From NCBI RefSeq assembly GCF_001194135.2, contig NC_068987.1, positions 8,881,925 through 8,923,029 on the forward strand: a stretch of 41,105 bases of DNA, written 5' to 3'. Below are positions 23,373 to 34,840 of the stretch, piece after piece. The position numbers were made by a program, and so were the translations under genes. The DNA is from Octopus bimaculoides (Eukaryota). Below the pieces are notes generated by a model. That model had not been told where the DNA came from. It was given only the letters and a program-made list of their open reading frames with translations, and did not search any database. Numbering within the stretch: position 1 is the stretch's first letter; the number at the start of each line of letters is the position of its first letter.

Positions 23373-24048
23373 ACTCAGTGGCTTTACATCAGATATTACT
23401 GGTTCTATAGCTGATTATAGAGAAATTATTCGGTCAGGCATTAGTAATTTAAAAATGCATGTAGATAATTATAATGAAACATTGCATATTCAAAAATGTT
23501 TGTGTTTACATTTATTCTAATCAATGATCTAATCAGAATAAACAAACACAGTTTACAGCTGTTACAACTAATACAATGACTGTTACACAGATATACATAC
23601 AATGCTGTTAAAGCAATGAACATACGTTGACACAGATACATGTATATAGATAAGTAGGAGTTGCCTGTTAGAGCAAAGAACAACACACAAATGTAACTAT
23701 ACACAAACATACACAAGACATGCATTTTTTCCAGCCAACAATGCTGTTTCACTCTCTCACTGTCNNNNNNNNNNNNNNNNNNNNNNNNNNNNNNNNNNNN
23801 NNNNNNNNNNNNNNNNNNNNNNNNNNNNNNNNNNNNNNNNNNNNNNNNNNNNNNNNNNNNNNNNNNNNNNNNNNNNNNNNNNNNNNNNNNNNNNNNNNNN
23901 NNNNNNNNNNNNNNNNNNNNNNNNNNNNNNNNNNNNNNNNCACAAGACATGCATTTTTTCCAGCCAACAATGCTGTTTCACTCTCTCACTGTCTGTTACC
24001 CCTACTCCCACTACTACTATATCCAATGTTTCACACTTATCCAGCCAT

Positions 24049-24049
<1 letters not shown>

Positions 24050-24103
<54 letters not shown>

Positions 24104-24440
24104 ACACACACATGTATAAACATACCCATACACACACATGTATAAACACACCCACACACACATGTATAAACACACCCATACACGCACATGCAGATACATA
24201 CACACATGTAGATATACACATACACATATATATACACACTCACACACACACATGCATATATACACACATATATACGCATATATACACACACACACATAGA
24301 TATACACACACGCATACACACACACACACACGCACACACGCACACACACACACACACACAAACAATCAAATACACATGTGTAGAAAAGTAATGGAGTTGT
24401 GCTACAGACTTCTAGACAGACATACACACACACAGACATG
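24050..24440. repeat. (CT)n plus long degenerate CA/TA array, including three ~25-bp units (acacacatgtataaacacacccat)
   Basis: Directly visible. Confidence 0.9.
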
Positions 24441-25289
24441 ATACAAATTGATATAGATTTTTTTACGGTAACTTTTCTTTGAATAATAAGTACTTAGTTT
24501 CAATGTAAGAATATTAATTTTGGATATATTCTGCCGAACTAGTAAAATCTGGCAATTTAAGCTAATACCATACAATAATTTTCCATCACTTTCGGTTCAA
24601 GCAACAATAAATGAGGGAACAGAATATATCTAAAATTAATATTCTTGTAGTAAAACTAAGTATTTATTATTCAAGCAGAAGTTACTATGAAAAACCTCAA
24701 TAAATTTACATTAAATCTCTGTGCGTGTGTGCATGCATTCACACATATGTGTGCACGTATATACACACTCACACAAGTCTATATACACAAGTCTATATAC
24801 ACACTCACACAAGTTTATGCTGAACAGCTGTATTACCTTTCATCACCTGTGTATGCGTAGAGCTATGCACAATAATGGTGCTAAATAGTTTACTCTTTTT
24901 AATGCATATGTTTCAAAGATAAATGTTTTGGGCGATTATAATTTTCTATCATCAATAAATAACACTATTTACATTTTCCCAGTGGATACATAGTTTTAAA
25001 AAAAAATCAATAATAAATCAATTGCTAATGCATAAAACTTGAGCAACATAAGCTAAAGCACGAGATTATAGCCAGTGTCATCTGAAGGTATGAACATGCT
25101 GGCTAGTTGCCCAGGGATTCCCCAGGTCAAAATGAGACAGTGTTAGGCAAGATGGGACAGTGTTAATTTATGTGTGCTGTGGTTGTGTAAGTAGGAGCCC
25201 AGTGCACTGTTTTGATCAGGAGCCTATAATGCTCTTTTGATGGCCTGCATACAGCAAGTTCATCTTCAAAACCAACATCAAAATAGGGC

Positions 25290-26760
25290 AACACATGAAA
25301 ACAATATTATGAAACTTTTATAGCTTACAGTTCCATCAGCCCTGGCGACAAGACTCATTGTGGGACTATGTATTGAATGCAGAAAGGTTTCTAAATAAAA
25401 GCACTTGAAAACCAATTAGACTAAAGTGAAATCTAAAAACAATTTTGAATTTAAAAGATTCGAATAAAGAATAGCAGCAATTCTGTTATTTTACTCTTTT
25501 TACTTGTTCCAGTCATTTGACTGCAGCCATGCTGGAGCACCACCTTTAATCAAACAAATTGACCCCAGAACTTATTCTTTGTAAGCCTAGTCTCTTTTGC
25601 CAAACCACTAAGTTATGGGGATGTAAACACACCAACATCAGTTGTCAAGTGACAGTGGGGGGGGGGGGGCAAACACAGACACACAAATATATGCATATAT
25701 ATGACAGGCTTCTTTCAGTTTCCATCTACCATATCTACTCACAAGGCTTTGATCGGCCTGAGGTTACAGTAGAAGAGACTTGTCCAAGGTTCCATGCAGT
25801 GGGACTGAACGTGGAACTATGTGGTTGGGAAACAAGCTTTTTACCACACAGCCACGCCTGGTGCAAAAAGAAAAAAAATGCTTCACTTGTTTTATATCAC
25901 ATTTGTTATTGTTTAGCAAAAACATGTGAAGCACATACGTTTGCTGAAAACTTAATAAAGCTTAGTGCAAAAAATCTGGTAGAATGCAAAAACACAAATA
26001 AGGTACCATTTTCTAATGACAGCTTCAAAACATTGTCATGAAATGTCAGATGTGAACCTGTACTAAGACAGGTTAACTGAGATCAACATTCACTTTAAAA
26101 ATAGAGTAAGTCAACAGGTGACAATGCTGGTGTAGTAGTTTTGTGAGTGTACACAGCTATATTTATGAAGGTAGCATTCAAGAAGACTTAATCTATGGAG
26201 TGTTATGCTACAGGAGAAGCAATATTTAATCTAATTCATGACAGAGCTGCAATAACAATAAGGAAATTTTCAGGTTCTGTTGCAAAAAATGAAAAAGAAA
26301 AATAAGAATTCTGAAAATATTCGCTAGTGTTTTTTATCATCAAGCACTAGCAATGAAGCATATGCCTCAAGATTTGATTAGCTATAAAATTAAATCAAGA
26401 ATACTAAATGCAAGAACCTTCAGTTTATTATGTGAAAATGTTGGGAAGTCTGCATAAAACTTTATTACTGAAGTACACTGGCTGTTGAGTGTAAAAATGT
26501 TGGCATTGCATCAGATTGCATGAAGAATATTCTTTTGAACTAAAAGATCAGCATTGAATGGAAAAGATGGCATACTTTTCTGATATATTCCCATACTTAA
26601 ATGCGGTTAATCTTGCAATGAAGGATACCGATATGTTTCAAACTTATAAGTAAAATTAATGCACTTAAGTGTAAACTAAAACTCTGGAGGGACTGTATAG
26701 CTAAGAACAATGTTGAGTGTTTTGAAAACCTTAATAGCTTTTGTTACTGTTTTGCTTTTT
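25290..26760 (+). pseudogene. hAT (Buster/Charlie/SPIN-like) transposase relic, interrupted by a SINE
   Basis: Colinear degenerate motifs: YYETFIAYS..GDK, CIEC..KHLKT (BED-finger-like), LAKTCEAHTFAENLI..PFSND, YIYEGSIQEDL, ATGEAIFNL, HQALAMKHMPQDL, IKSRILNARTFSLLCE, TEVHWL, MAYFSDIF..LN.VNL, KINALKCKLKLW. Many stops and frameshifts. Confidence 0.85.
25490..25861 (-). mobile_element. SINE family 1, full-length, nested in the hAT relic
   Basis: Colinear with 18984-19375. Transposase-like translation resumes on both sides. Confidence 0.88.
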
Positions 26761-27100
26761 AATATCAAAAACAATTTCTCTCCAATTCTATTCCCTTCAA
26801 GCCTTCTGGATCCACCACCTTGCATATGTACATGCCAAGTATATAATACCTTCAGGGGTACTGGCATTTTAAAGAATAGACCCAATGTTTCCTCTGCATG
26901 TTGTAAAAAGCAACTAAAAGCAGTGGGATTTGCACTCTGCCTTTGTAAAACCTCACCAGCAATGACTGCCCAAAACAGACCTGTGGATTGGCAAATTGGT
27001 GCCTGAGTGGTGCAATGGTGTCATCCACCAGGAGTAGGGCATCACCAAATATTGGATGATGCAACAACATACTGTTACAGGATATGCCACCATACTAGTA

Positions 27101-27131
27101 TTACTACTACTACTACTACTACTACTACTAG
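27101..27131. repeat. (TAC)n microsatellite
   Basis: Directly visible. Confidence 0.9.
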
Positions 27132-28729
27132 AAAGGTTCCAAGCCCTGACAGTGCCTCTTCCATTATTCTCAAACATTGTACCTCAGAACCAGCTCCTGT
27201 ACTCAAATTCTTTAGTCTCTCCCTCTCTACAAGAATCTAACAATCTTTGAAAACATGCTTCAGTGTGACCCATTCCCCAAAAACGCAACCTCTCTGACTG
27301 TCATAAAGGCCGTGAATCAGTGACTGTCCAGTAGAAAACTTGTAACCAACAATACTATTATTCACAAAATGTGATTACATAAATATATATATATGTTGCA
27401 GTTCTTATCAATAGAGCCAGTACATGTGGTAGTGATTCACTAGACTATATATTGGTCTGGTTGAAAATTGTCTACACTTTTACAATATCCTATTTTTAAT
27501 TCGTTATTTTGTTGTTTATTTCATTAGCATATTCTATTATTGCCAGGCTCTGAAAAACCTCTTCTTTCTCAGTCAGAATCATGTGAACGAAAAATAACCA
27601 TTCAATAAATCTTCAAAATTTTAATGATTTACTGCAGTAATCTTTTGGCTCATCTAGATTCCATTTTCCTGAATGTTGTCTCAAGATCATACAATTCCAC
27701 AAATCAATGGACTTGTAGAAATATAAATTCAAACAAAAGACAAAATGCATAATAAATTATAAAACAAATTCTAGTCTATAATAATCACAGAACAAGAAAA
27801 TATATTCTCTAGACGTCAATAAATTAATTTGGCTGTGACAAGCCTGATCTACAAGAAAATTATTTCTATATATAAAAGACTTCAATTTTGAGGTAAAAAA
27901 ATAAACAAAAAAAGGCAAAGAAACAAATACAGTGTTCTACAAAATGTGTTAACCTTGAGTGTGTATGTGCACAACCAAGAGATTCTGCATGAGTATGTGA
28001 AAGACTGTATATGTATGCAACAAGCATGAGACACGCAAGTGAATCAGTAACAGTTTTTGTGTTTTTAATATACAAATATAAATTTATAACCCCACTACCG
28101 TGTACTTTAAACGAAAGTTAAGGAAAGAAGTGAAGAAATATTGTCATGGAAAATTCAGTACTCTGAAAACTATTGGACGCAAACAACGGCTGTCTGTCAT
28201 TGTTGTTCCTCTGAATAGTTGTAACTGAGGTTGTGTCACAACATAACTCATCTCATGTTCCGTTGAACTATGGATATTCTGCATAATCATAAATGATGAT
28301 GTGTTATCTTTGAGTTGCATTGGTGCAATAGCTATGGCTGTTGGTAAAAGCCAGTATGTCACTATGATGCTGTTAATGGTTTGTGAATGATGAGTTATAT
28401 TAGCATGACCAACATAATACTGTTGACGATTCTGCTGTTGCTATGGGCAGCGGCTGCTGATGACAATACACAGACGTTAACTGATTTGTTGAGAAAAATC
28501 AACTCAAATACTTCAACCAAAAATCAAATCTGGGCATGCAAGTTCATACCTGTTGCAAGTACATCACTGATACAGCTGTCCCTTTACCATGAGAGATTCA
28601 CTACAAACTGCTCGTTTCAAACACAACATCTTCACTAATAAGCTTATTAAGCCTACATGTATCACCTTACGTACTTGAATAACCGAGTAAATGAAATTAA
28701 AATAAAAAAATTGAAAAATATACAAAACC

Positions 28730-29152
28730 ACAGGCATGGCTGCCTAGTTTAGAAGCCAGCTTTTCAACCATTTGGTTTCAGTATTAGTCCTACTGTGTGG
28801 CACCTTAGGCAAGTGTTATACTATAGTTGTAGGCTTACAAATGACTTGTGAGTGAATTTGGAAGATGGAAACTGTGTAGAAACCTGTTATTTAAACACAC
28901 ACACGCACACACACACACACACACACACATACACACGTGTGTGTTTTTGTGTTTATCATCTCTCTCAATGCTTGACAACTAGTGCTTGTTTATGTCCCCA
29001 CTACTTAGCAGTTTGGCAAAAGAGACTGATAGAATAAGTACCAGACTTACAAATAACTATTGGAGTCAATTTCTTCAACTAAACCCTTCAAAGCAGTGTC
29101 CCAGCATGGATGCAATCCAGTGACTGAAACAAGTAAAAGATAAAAGATAAAA
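28730..29152 (+). mobile_element. SINE family 1, full-length diverged copy, antisense to liprin-beta, abutting the donor
   Basis: Head caggcatggctg..., (CA)n/(GT)n hinge, 3' half, and tail gtaaaagataaaagataaaa ending about 5 nt from the GTAAGT donor. Confidence 0.85.
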
Positions 29153-29162
29153 ATGTACTTAC

Positions 29163-29340
29163 AGGCAATAATATTGTCCATTTGTTCCAGAGCAGCAGCC
29201 AGCATATCACTACCATCTCTTGAACTGGTTCCATTGTTGTTTGCATTGATAGTGCCACCACCATTGGTAGACGGACGTGCTGTACTCCCTCCTATGAGAC
29301 CAAGTGTTTCCCCACCTGGGGAATCAAGGGAAGCTTCCAT
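29163..29340 (-). CDS. PPFIBP1: Liprin-beta, first coding exon (59 codons + 1 nt): MEASLDSPGG...RDGSDMLAAALEQMDNIIA
   Basis: SDMLAAALEQMDNIIA closely matches the liprin-beta N-terminal signature (human SDMLAAALEQMDGIIAG, from memory). ATG at 29340-29338 has an in-frame TAA upstream. GTAAGT donor at 29162-29157, phase 1. Confidence 0.9.
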
Positions 29341-29551
29341 CAATAATTCTGATGCAGAATGGTATATTATAGAAATGCGAAATTAATTGAGGCTCCTTAA
29401 TGTGTACTGTTGCAGTGGCACTAAAGCTTGTGTTAATGTTGGTTGAATGAAAGAAGAAAACTTCAAATGGATTCAAACTTAATATCTTTGACTTTTGCTT
29501 TTGTCCAGGGAAATCAAACACTGGTCTGCAGATTGGATAGTATCAGTACAG
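29341..29551 (-). other. PPFIBP1: 5' UTR portion of the liprin-beta start-codon exon
   Basis: Polypyrimidine tract plus acceptor (cattttcttctttctacAG, AG at 29553-29552). The 211 nt before the ATG contain no ATG and have stops in the coding frame. This implies an upstream non-coding exon that I did not locate. Confidence 0.65.
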
Positions 29552-30361
29552 CTGTAGAAAGAAGAAAATGAAGGCAATTAATATTGATAATACCAGATTA
29601 AGCAGTGCTGAATATGTCAGTAGATAAATAAAGTTCCTATTAAATTTTAATGAGAGGTTAAATATCCAGATAAAGTGAAAGTACATCACTCTTGTGACTG
29701 TTTTTGTAGTTGCATATTTCAAATTATGGACGAGGTAGAATTTCCTAGCAGAATGTGGTTTGTATAATCACATGATATATAAAGAGATATGTAAGTGTAT
29801 AAATTCTTATAGAGTTTCCTTCATAAAAAAAAAAACTGTTTCTAATTTAGTTGGCAACCATATAGCCTTCAAGCAATTTGTCCTGAGTAGCATGCAATCA
29901 AAATGAGGAAATATTAAATGACAAGTGGTCAGTAATGTAGTTCAAGCAATAGCAATGTGGCTGGAATATTTCCTGTCTTCTCAACTTTATCACAATATGT
30001 GAAACACATTTATTTAGAATGCAAAAATGTTATCAACTTCTCTTCCTTTGGTAGTGTATGATCAAATATTCAAGAGTTGCTAGTGGAGGTGGGGCCTCTT
30101 CTCTGCCTTAATGGGAGCAGAGATAATATTAAATTAAACGTTTTAAAGTTACTTTTCTTTTTTATTTCTTCATTCTTGTTTTTTCTTTATACATTGGAAA
30201 ATCTATGGTAGACTCTTGAAAGAGTAGTGTTAGTCCTCAGTTGTGTACAACCAACACAAATCATAACAGAGAATGATTGGGGAATGAAAAGCACTTCACT
30301 TTTTTTCTACTCCATGAAACTGGTTTCGTATTTTTTTTTTTTTTAATGTTTTCTCACAAGT

Positions 30362-30545
30362 GCAGAATCATTAGTGGTATTTCATCTGTTACTACGTTCT
30401 GAGTTCAAATTCCACTGAGGTCAATTTTGCCTTTCATCCTTTCGGGGTTGATGAAATAAGTTCCGGTTGAGTACTGGGGTTGATGTCATCAACTAGTCCC
30501 CTCCCCCAAAATTCCAGGCCTTGTGCTTTTAGTAGAAAGGATTAT
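30362..30545 (+). mobile_element. SINE family 3 copy
   Basis: ttctgagttcaaattccactgaggtcaattttgcctttcatcctttcggggttgat... Confidence 0.8.
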
Positions 30546-32696
30546 TATATGAACATTAATTCTGTAACACTTGGAAAGGGCAACCATGAAAGTTAATCTT
30601 ATTAGAAATTTAAATATTTGATCAAGCAAGTAAAATTATAGAGCGATTCCTTTTTTTTTTTAATCAAAAATAAACAAATACAAACTTAAAATCCTAACAA
30701 TTTTTATAAAGAATTTTCTTGTCAACAGATGTTGTTTAAGTTATTAGCCAAGTTTTAGCTGCATGAACACTTACACAACAATCAATAACAATTTAAATAG
30801 CTATTCTATACTTTCTGAACACATGCTTGCTGCTTAGTTTGTAGTATAGCAAGGAAAAAAAAAACAAAAAAAAAACAGGACTTAATATAATGTTTATATA
30901 TATATTCTTCTCACTTTAGTGTTCACCTGCTAGGATTTTCTTAACATTTCTACCCTCCAAAGTTGAAGCATAAAAACAATATAAGTCAATTCAATTGACT
31001 GCATGTCTTTGCAACAAAAAGTGGCCTAGACTTTAACCAAAAGAAATGCTAATATGCAAAATATTATTTTTATTTAATAATTTTTTTGGTTGTGTGAAAG
31101 AATCAAAGTATTTAATATTTATAAGAATTTGAAGTGGACATAGAAATCATTCTGGCTTCAACGTAAGTAAAATTAGTCTATATCAAAAAAAAGAAATTTT
31201 TTAAGTATTATATATAATATTCAATCTCTCCATTTCAATTATTTATTTTTTGTAATATCTACTCCATTCTGTATTTGAATAATATAATAGACAATTAGAA
31301 GAATACTAATGAAGAACATTAGTACATGAGTAAGTAATTAGAGCAACTAATCGGTCAGCATTTTATGCTTTCCAAGATCTGATCCAGAAAATAGAAAATT
31401 AGTACTTTAGTAGCAAAAAGAAAAAAGCACAAGTTTACAAATATAATGTTGATTTATAACAAAGAAAAAAACACTTTACATTATAATAGATGGAATACAA
31501 GATTGTCTTATGTTTGTGTCTTTCTAGCAAAAAGCCACTGAAATAAAATTTGTGATATTAAAGTATTTTTACAAGGTACAAAGGCCTTCATTTGCAGGGA
31601 AGAGGAATAATTATAAATTGTAGCACTGATGGTATGACATTATTGACATAAATTTGAAACAAGAAAAGAGCAACAAACTGATACTACAATGTCTAATATC
31701 ATTTACATTAAAATCTTAGCAGTTAATTCATAATTATGATAGCCACGTCATTTCTACAGACATTAACAGGATACTTGAAGTCAAAGGACTTTGACCAGAA
31801 ATCAAAACTGTGTCACAATCATATCTTGTAGGGGAGCTTATCTGTTGCACGATAATTCTCATTAGTGAAATATAAAATATATAATTTAAACGAAATTTTG
31901 GAAAATGACAGAATCTATAATACCTTTCTATGAATAAGGATTTGTTTCCTGCTGCTAGATGGTACATAACCATTTCAAAGTGTTTGCAACTACCAATCTT
32001 TTCTNNNNNNNNNNCTCAATAACAAGTAAGTCCAGTTTCAAAAAAATTCTATGTATGAAATTCATAAAATCACACTGTCACAGCTGTTTAATGTTTTATG
32101 TACAAGGCAAAATATTTAGTTTTTCAGCAGCACTCTTTCTCATTACATACGGGAGATTGTGTGTACATGTGAGTGAGTGTGCATTAGAGAGCATGTGTGA
32201 ATACATGCATGCGCGGGAGTGAGTGTGTTTAAGTTTCTACCAATATGCTTGTATAATTTCAAACACAAAATGTGTGTGCATGTGTGTATGTTCATCTATG
32301 TATGTTTAAAGAAGTGGTTTGGTTTTAGTTTAATGGATGTTGGATTAACTCTTCCACCAAGACTGAAATGTAACTTAGAATAAATTGTCAGTCTACTTAG
32401 GAAGAAAGTAGCTGCCACTATTAATTCCTGATAATCAAATTTATGTTAGAAAATCTATCAGCTGGTAAACACCTGTTTTAAGAAATGAGGTAAAGCAAAC
32501 TGCAGGAGTTTTTATTTAACTTTCTCAGCCCACTTATAATGCTGACAGACTGCCATTGGCTTAAATTTTTTAAGTTCACATGTTCTAAGTAACAATATCC
32601 AACATATTGAATATCAATGATTAGGAGGTTAATAATAGATCAATTCAACTGAAGGTCAACTTCCTTACATCTTTTCATTCAAAATTTGGTGGGGAA

Positions 32697-32916
32697 CCCT
32701 TTAGCATTCAGATTAATTTGTCAAAAGTAATCCTTATTTATTCATATTAAAAAAAATTTATCTGATATTATTTTGTAGCTTCAAGATAGGCAAGATGTAA
32801 TTGCTTATTTTTAGAATGACATTGCAGGGTAGGTGTGAGATGCTGGTTCTGGCCAGTTTAAGCATAAAATGTGTAGAATATCTGGGCCGGATACAGCCGG
32901 TTTAAACACTAAAGGG
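32697..32916. mobile_element. 220-bp piggyBac-like MITE
   Basis: Ends CCCTTTAG...CTAAAGGG. TTAA on the right (32917-32920), while the left site reads GGAA (degenerate). Confidence 0.65.
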
Positions 32917-33354
32917 TTAACAAGCTTACACATTTTTGAAATCATCAGAGCATGGAGAATCCAAAAATGCAACTTGGCATTTGTAAAACACTTGGATAAC
33001 TACCATTTTAGATTTTTAAAAATGGACATGTTGACTTTTAGTCAGTTTAGAAACACAATTAAATAATCTAATCCTGTTTCCAGCATCAAGAAAATTACAG
33101 ATAATATCACAGCAGTTCTATCTATCTGAGTAACACTTGATATTGTTCTCGACTCTCCCTATGTGATAAGGGACAGAAAACAGACAACTATACTGACAAG
33201 ACACTAGTTAAAAGATATGATTGATTCATCAAGATTTACCAAGTGTGAAGTCTGTGAAGCAGAAAGACATGGAAACGTTTGGTCATTTAGTGACCTGAAG
33301 CTTATGAAAAAGGCATGGTTTACATGTCTAATACTACAAGACAGACTGAACAGC

Positions 33355-33420
33355 TAAGCTTAACATACCAACGATGTTGGGGTGGACAAACACAGACACA
33401 AAGACACACATACATACATA
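33355..33420 (-). mobile_element. SINE family 1, small 3'-half fragment
   Basis: cgatgttggggtggacaaacacagacac is the reverse complement of the motif at 140-165. Confidence 0.6.
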
Positions 33421-33684
33421 GACATGTATATATAGGAAAATGAAAAATAAGGCAGAATGCTAAACTGGAAGCATATTTTAATAAAGATTTCTAACCGGCT
33501 TTCATTGCGAAGCAAATTTTCAAGAAAGATAATGAAAATGTTTTTTACAAAGAAGTACAAAATGAAGAAAATAATATATAAAAAAAAATAATATATAAAA
33601 AAAATAAATATACCAATACATTATATTGTCTTTGAGCTTTTGAAGTTCAATAGTAATTCATGTATATAATGGTTGGAAAAATAA

Positions 33685-34658
33685 NNNNNNNNNNNNNNNN
33701 NNNNNNNNNNNNNNNNNNNNNNNNNNNNNNNNNNNNNNNNNNNNNNNNNNNNNNNNNNNNNNNNNNNNNNNNNNNNNNNNNNNNNNNNNNNNNNNNNNNN
33801 NNNNNNNNNNNNNNNNNNNNNNNNNNNNNNNNNNNNNNNNNNNNNNNNNNNNNNNNNNNNNNNNNNNNNNNNNNNNNNNNNNNNNNNNNNNNNNNNNNNN
33901 NNNNNNNNNNNNNNNNNNNNNNNNNNNNNNNNNNNNNNNNNNNNNNNNNNNNNNNNNNNNNNNNNNNNNNNNNNNNNNNNNNNNNNNNNNNNNNNNNNNN
34001 NNNNNNNNNNNNNNNNNNNNNNNNNNNNNNNNNNNNNNNNNNNNNNNNNNNNNNNNNNNNNNNNNNNNNNNNNNNNNNNNNNNNNNNNNNNNNNNNNNNN
34101 NNNNNNNNNNNNNNNNNNNNNNNNNNNNNNNNNNNNNNNNNNNNNNNNNNNNNNNNNNNNNNNNNNNNNNNNNNNNNNNNNNNNNNNNNNNNNNNNNNNN
34201 NNNNNNNNNNNNNNNNNNNNNNNNNNNNNNNNNNNNNNNNNNNNNNNNNNNNNNNNNNNNNNNNNNNNNNNNNNNNNNNNNNNNNNNNNNNNNNNNNNNN
34301 NNNNNNNNNNNNNNNNNNNNNNNNNNNNNNNNNNNNNNNNNNNNNNNNNNNNNNNNNNNNNNNNNNNNNNNNNNNNNNNNNNNNNNNNNNNNNNNNNNNN
34401 NNNNNNNNNNNNNNNNNNNNNNNNNNNNNNNNNNNNNNNNNNNNNNNNNNNNNNNNNNNNNNNNNNNNNNNNNNNNNNNNNNNNNNNNNNNNNNNNNNNN
34501 NNNNNNNNNNNNNNNNNNNNNNNNNNNNNNNNNNNNNNNNNNNNNNNNNNNNNNNNNNNNNNNNNNNNNNNNNNNNNNNNNNNNNNNNNNNNNNNNNNNN
34601 NNNNNNNNNNNNNNNNNNNNNNNNNNNNNNNNNNNNNNNNNNNNNNNNNNNNNNNNNN
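33685..34658. other. Assembly gap (974 N). Other gaps: 22420-22555, 23765-23940, 32005-32014, 39748-39757
   Basis: N runs. An exon could be hidden in the larger gaps. Confidence 1.
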
Positions 34659-34840
34659 GCCTCACCACCTCAGCCCAGGTCTTCCTGGGCCTACCTCTTC
34701 CACGGGTTCCCTCAACTGTTAGGGTGTGGCACTTTTTCACGCAGCTATCCTCCTCCATTCTCACCACATGTCCATACCAGCGCAATCGTCTCTCTTGCAC
34801 ACCACAACTGATGCTTCTAATGTTCAGCTTTTCTCTCAAT
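34659..34840 (-). mobile_element. RTE-clade LINE, C-terminal ORF fragment running into the N gap
   Basis: LREKLNIRSISCGVQERRLRWYGHVVRMEEDSCVKKCHTLTVEGTRGRGRPRKTW contains the classic RTE RLRWYGHV..R..GRGRPRKTW motif. Confidence 0.88.

Larger units (their letters stand above)
5249..29162 (-). other. PPFIBP1: 23,914-nt GT-AG intron of liprin-beta
   Basis: Bounded by the donor and acceptor above, with the reading frame preserved across the junction. Confidence 0.82.

Noticed and set aside
21981-24441. Poly-Y/T/D/G/V and HT/CV-repeat ORFs and X-filled ORFs
   Set aside because: These are translations of microsatellites and N gaps.
29324-29521. 65-aa ORF overlapping the start codon as a possible uORF
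   Set aside because: It begins at GTG and there is no ATG in the 5' UTR part of the exon. No other support.
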